From Octopus sinensis (taxonomy: Eukaryota), in the NCBI RefSeq assembly GCF_006345805.1, contig NC_043003.1, forward strand, positions 19,592,001-19,656,000: a stretch of 64,000 bases of DNA, in the 5' to 3' direction. Made by a program: the position numbers and the translations under genes. The notes beneath the pieces were generated by a model. The model saw only the letters and a list, made by a program, of their open reading frames with translations. It was not told the origin of the DNA and ran no database searches. This document shows, piece after piece, positions 60,062 to 64,000 of this stretch. Position 1 is the first letter of the stretch. Each line of letters opens with the position of its first letter.

Positions 60062-60465
60062 AGGAGTGTCTATGTGGTAAGTAGCTTGCTTACAAACCAC
60101 ATGGTTCTGGGTTCAGTTCCACTGTGTGGCACCTTGGGTAAGTGTCTTCTACTATTGCCTCGGGCCGACCAGAGCTTTGTGAGTGGATTTGGTAGACAGA
60201 AACTGAAAGAAGCCCGTCGTATATATGTATATGTATATATATGTATGTATGCGTGTGTATATGTTTGTGTGTCTGTGTTTGTCTCCCCAACATCGCTTGA
60301 CAACCGATGCTGGTGTGTTTACACCCCCATCACTTAGTGGTTCGGCAAAAGAGACCGATAGAATAAGTACTAGGCTTCCAAAGAATAAGTCCTGGGGTCA
60401 ATTTGCTTGACTAAAGGTGGTGCTCCAGCATGGCCACAGTCAAATGACTGAAACAAGTAAAAGAG
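60062..60465 (+). mobile_element. Family-B SINE, full length
   Basis: Match to the family consensus. Confidence 0.9.
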
Positions 60466-60866
60466 TAGTACAGGTTTTTAGTTAAAATTCCAGTCAAGTC
60501 CAGGCAATATTTTGACAGTGTTCTGAATGATGTATTCCTATTGTAAATGTGTATATAGAATGAGCAAGTATGATGGATATAAATGGATTTTGTGAGTGGG
60601 TGTATGAGAGAGGGGAGAGAAGAAAAGAGAGATAGGAGAAAGGATTAGAAAGTAAGATAGTGGTTAAAGGGGAAAAAAAGATAAAAATAAAAATAATAAT
60701 AATGGAAATAATTAAATAAAAGATGAGGTAATGACAGATATGTCCTGAATGGATTTTATGAGTAGGTGTGTACGGGAGAGGAGGAATGGAATAAAAATAA
60801 AATAAGATAGAGGTAACAGGGTAAAGAATAATAAGATAAAAATATATAAATAAATAAAAGTATATT

Positions 60867-61031
60867 GGTGTAGGAGTGGCTGTGTGGTAAGTAGCTTGCT
60901 TACGAACCACATGGTTCCAGGTTCAGTCCCACTGCGTGGTATCTTGGGCAAGTGTCTTCTACTATAGCCTCGAGCTGACCAAAACCTTGTGAGTGGATTT
61001 GGTAGACGGAACTGAAAGAAACCCGTTGTAT
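60867..61031 (+). mobile_element. 5' half of a family-B SINE
   Basis: ggtgtaggagtggctgtgtgg to gaaacccgttgtata. Confidence 0.88.
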
Positions 61032-61084
61032 ATCATCATCATCGTTTAACGTCCGTTTTCCACGCTAGCACGGGTTGGACATGT

Positions 61085-61260
61085 ATGTGTATATATATAT
61101 ATATATACACACACACATATATATATATATATACACACACACACATATATATATATATATACACACACACATATATATATATATACACACACACACACAT
61201 ATATATATATATATGTTTACACACACACATTCATACATACATAAGTACATATATGTATGT
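61085..61260. repeat. Higher-order microsatellite ((TA)n(CA)n unit of ~24-26 bp, about 5 copies)
   Basis: Direct reading. Confidence 0.9.
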
Positions 61261-61280
61261 GTGTATGTGTCTATATATAT

Positions 61281-61520
61281 ACTCTTTTACTCTTTTACTT
61301 GTTTCAGTCATTTGACTGCAGCCATGCTGGAGCACCACCTTTAGTCGAGCAAATCGACCCCAGGATTTATTCTTTGTAAGCCTAGTACTTATTCAATCGG
61401 TCTCTTTTGCCGAAACGTTAAGTTACGGGGACGTAAACACACCAGAATTGGTTGTCAAGCGATGTTGGGGTGACAAACACAGACACACAAACATATACAC
61501 ACACGCACATACATACATAC

Positions 61521-61577
<57 letters not shown>

Positions 61578-61703
61578 TATATATACATGTATATGACGGG
61601 CTTCTTTCAGTTTCCGTCTGCCAAATCCACTCAGAAGGTTTGGTTGGCTCGAGGCTATAGTAGAAGACACTTGCCCAAGGTGCCACACAGTGTGACTGAA
61701 CCC
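61281..61703 (-). mobile_element. Family-B SINE, head truncated, with (TACA)n centre
   Basis: Match to the family consensus. Confidence 0.88.
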
Positions 61704-62017
61704 CTCCTATGTATATATATATATTATATATATATATAAAAGAGAAGCTTGCAGAATTGGTTGCACATCGAACGAAATGCTTAGTACCATTTATTTTTTC
61801 CAGTTGTTTATGTTTTGACTTCAAATCCCCCTGAGCTTCACTTTACCTTTCATCGATTTCTGATAAGATAAAGTACCAGTCTGGTAATTGACTTGCCCCA
61901 ATCCACTGACATCCTCTTCAGGGAAAATGTTAGGATCTCAACCACTTATAAGCCATGGAAACTAGATAACCAGCCTCGTGAGTCCAAGGGCTCAAGGAAA
62001 AGAAAAGAATATATATG

Positions 62018-62075
<58 letters not shown>

Positions 62076-62601
62076 TTAATAATTAATAAAAGCAGTTAGA
62101 AAAACATTTAGCAAGTAGTGATTTACACAAGATAGTTACTATAATCTATATACAAATGTCATATAAATTATTAATTAGTACAGAGGTAACAGGTATTTCG
62201 TGAGTCAGTGGCAATGTAAAAATTGAAAGACTCTGTTTTGAATTCAGTTGCCATGTTTCTTGTTCTCTATAGCTGGTTTGTATTATTAATAAGGTTATTG
62301 AATACCTCAAGGTTGTCTTTTTTTGTTTTTAAGTAAGTTTATCATATTCAGAATAACTAATGAAAGGGATTACAAATGCATAGGAATCCTGTGAATGTTA
62401 TTTGCATTACATATCATAGATAATTGGGTCTATCAGAGTTGTTTGATAGCTATAATAGCTACAAAACTGACAGAAATTTAGGCAGAAAACCAAGATGAAA
62501 CAATTATTGTGGAATTTGAGTTCATAACTTTGAAATTCAAATACCACTGTGTGTTTTGTGAATATATATAGCATATATATAGTGTATATATATATATATA
62601 T

Positions 62602-63348
62602 AATTTCTTTATTGCCCACAAGGGCCTAATCATAGAGGGGACAAACAAGGACAGACAAAGGGATTAAGTCGATTACACCGACCCCAGTGCGTAACTGGTA
62701 CTTATCGATCCCGAAAGGATGAAAGGCAAAGTTGACCTTGGTGGAATTTGAACTCAAAACCTAGTGACAGGTGAAATACTGCTAAGCATTTCGTCCAGCA
62801 TGCTAATGATTCTGTCAGCTCACCACCTTAATAATAATGAGGATGCTGATGCTGATGAGGATAATGATGATAATCATGATGATGATGGTGATGGTTGTTG
62901 TTGTTTCAAATTTTCGCACTGGGCCAGCAATTTTTTTTTGGTGGGGAGTGGGGAGCAAATTGATTATATCAACTCCAGTGCTCAACTGGTTCTTATTTCA
63001 TTGACCCTGGAAGGAAGAAAGGTAAAGTCAACCTTGGTGGAATTTGAACTCAGAATGTAAAGACAAATGAAATGAAGCTAAGCATTTTGCCTGGTGTGCT
63101 AACAATTCTGCCAGCTTGCCGCCTTAAAAATAATGATATTGATGGTGATTTCACAAGGCCAGCAATTTTGAGGGAAAGGCTAAGTCAACTGAATGGACCT
63201 CAGTGCTCAACTGGTACTTATTTTATTAACCCTGAAAGAACGAAAGCAAAGTTGATCTCGTTGACACTTGAACCAAGAATGTATAGATTGATGAAATGCT
63301 GCTAAGTATTTTGCCCTCCATGCTAACAATCCTGCCAGCCTGCCACCT
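62602..63348 (-). mobile_element. Three consecutive minus-strand family-A SINEs (62602-62829, 62975-63125, 63200-63348)
   Basis: Repeated aaggcaaagtyRacc..gaatttgaac and ctgccagc..gcc.cctt heads, each followed on + by (AAT)n-like sequence. Confidence 0.85.
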
Positions 63349-63380
63349 TAATAATAATAAATAATATTGATGGTAATAAT

Positions 63381-63970
63381 GTGGCGAGCTGGCAGAATTG
63401 TTAACACACTGGGCGAAATACTTAGCGGTATTTCGTCTACCGCTACGTTCTGAGTTCAAATTCTGCCGAGGTCAACTTTGCCTTTCATTCTTTTGGGGTC
63501 AATTAAATAGATACCAGTTATGCACTGGGGTCGATCTAATTGACTTAATCTGTTTGTCTGTCCTCGTTTGTCCCCTCTGTGTTTAGCCCCTTGTGGGTAG
63601 TAAAGAAATAGGTATTTTGTCTGCCGCTACGTTCTGAGTTCAAATTCCGCCGAGGTCGACTTTGCCTTTCATTCTTTCGGGGTCAATTAAATAGATACCA
63701 GTTACGCACTGGGGTCGATCTAATTGACTTAATCTGTTTGTCTGTCCTCGTTTGTCCCCTCTGTGTTTAGCCCCTTGTGGGTAGTAAAGAAATAGGTATT
63801 TTGTCTGCCGCTACGTTCTGAGTTCAAATTCCGCCGAGGTCGACTTTGCCTTTCATCCTTTCAGGGTCGATTAAATAAGTACCAGTTATGCACTGGGGTC
63901 GATGTAATCGACTTAATCTCTTTGTCTGTCCTTGTTTGTCCCCCCTAAGTTTAGCTCCCTGCGGGCAATA
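63381..63970 (+). mobile_element. Head-to-tail trimer of family-A SINE (period 184 bp)
   Basis: ggtatt restarts at 63427, 63611 and 63795; only the first unit carries the A-box head. Confidence 0.95.
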
Positions 63971-64000
63971 AAGAAAAAAAAATATTGATGGTAAGTTCTT

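Noticed and set aside
63381-63970. Regular repeat array as a possible CRISPR
   Set aside because: 184-bp SINE units without unique spacers, in a eukaryotic context, with no cas genes.

Overview
This is AT-rich, microsatellite-dense eukaryotic DNA. The SINE families, (TA)n/(CA)n load and clustered poly-C2H2 genes point to a coleoid cephalopod, most likely Octopus (inference). The window holds a tandem cluster of three + strand C2H2 zinc-finger genes (ZNF-A 13350-15119, ZNF-B 35643-37448, ZNF-C 52611-53510). Each has a single coding exon behind a homologous splice acceptor and 5' UTR, and a short shared non-finger N-terminal leader with no recognisable KRAB/BTB/SCAN domain. ZNF-A and ZNF-B also share upstream, intronic and 3' non-coding blocks, which indicates whole-locus duplication. 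The rest is retroelement and DNA-transposon debris: three abundant short retroposon families (named A, B, C here) plus rarer CORE-like SINEs, RTE, CR1/L2 and Penelope-like remnants, a decayed Ty3/Gypsy pol, several MITE families, Helitron-like elements and long fold-back palindromes. The most notable observations are: the conserved ZNF leader and upstream short ORF; a conserved five-finger core; a cluster of three long palindromes in the ZNF-A intron; an inverted-plus-tandem unit with a degenerate hammerhead-like motif; an in-frame hAT/Gypsy junction; a ZNF stop codon donated by a repeat; a truncated U6 copy with a retroposon-like tail; and a head-to-tail SINE trimer. All alignments were done by eye, and repeat boundaries are approximate unless target-site duplications (TSDs) or terminal inverted repeats (TIRs) are quoted.
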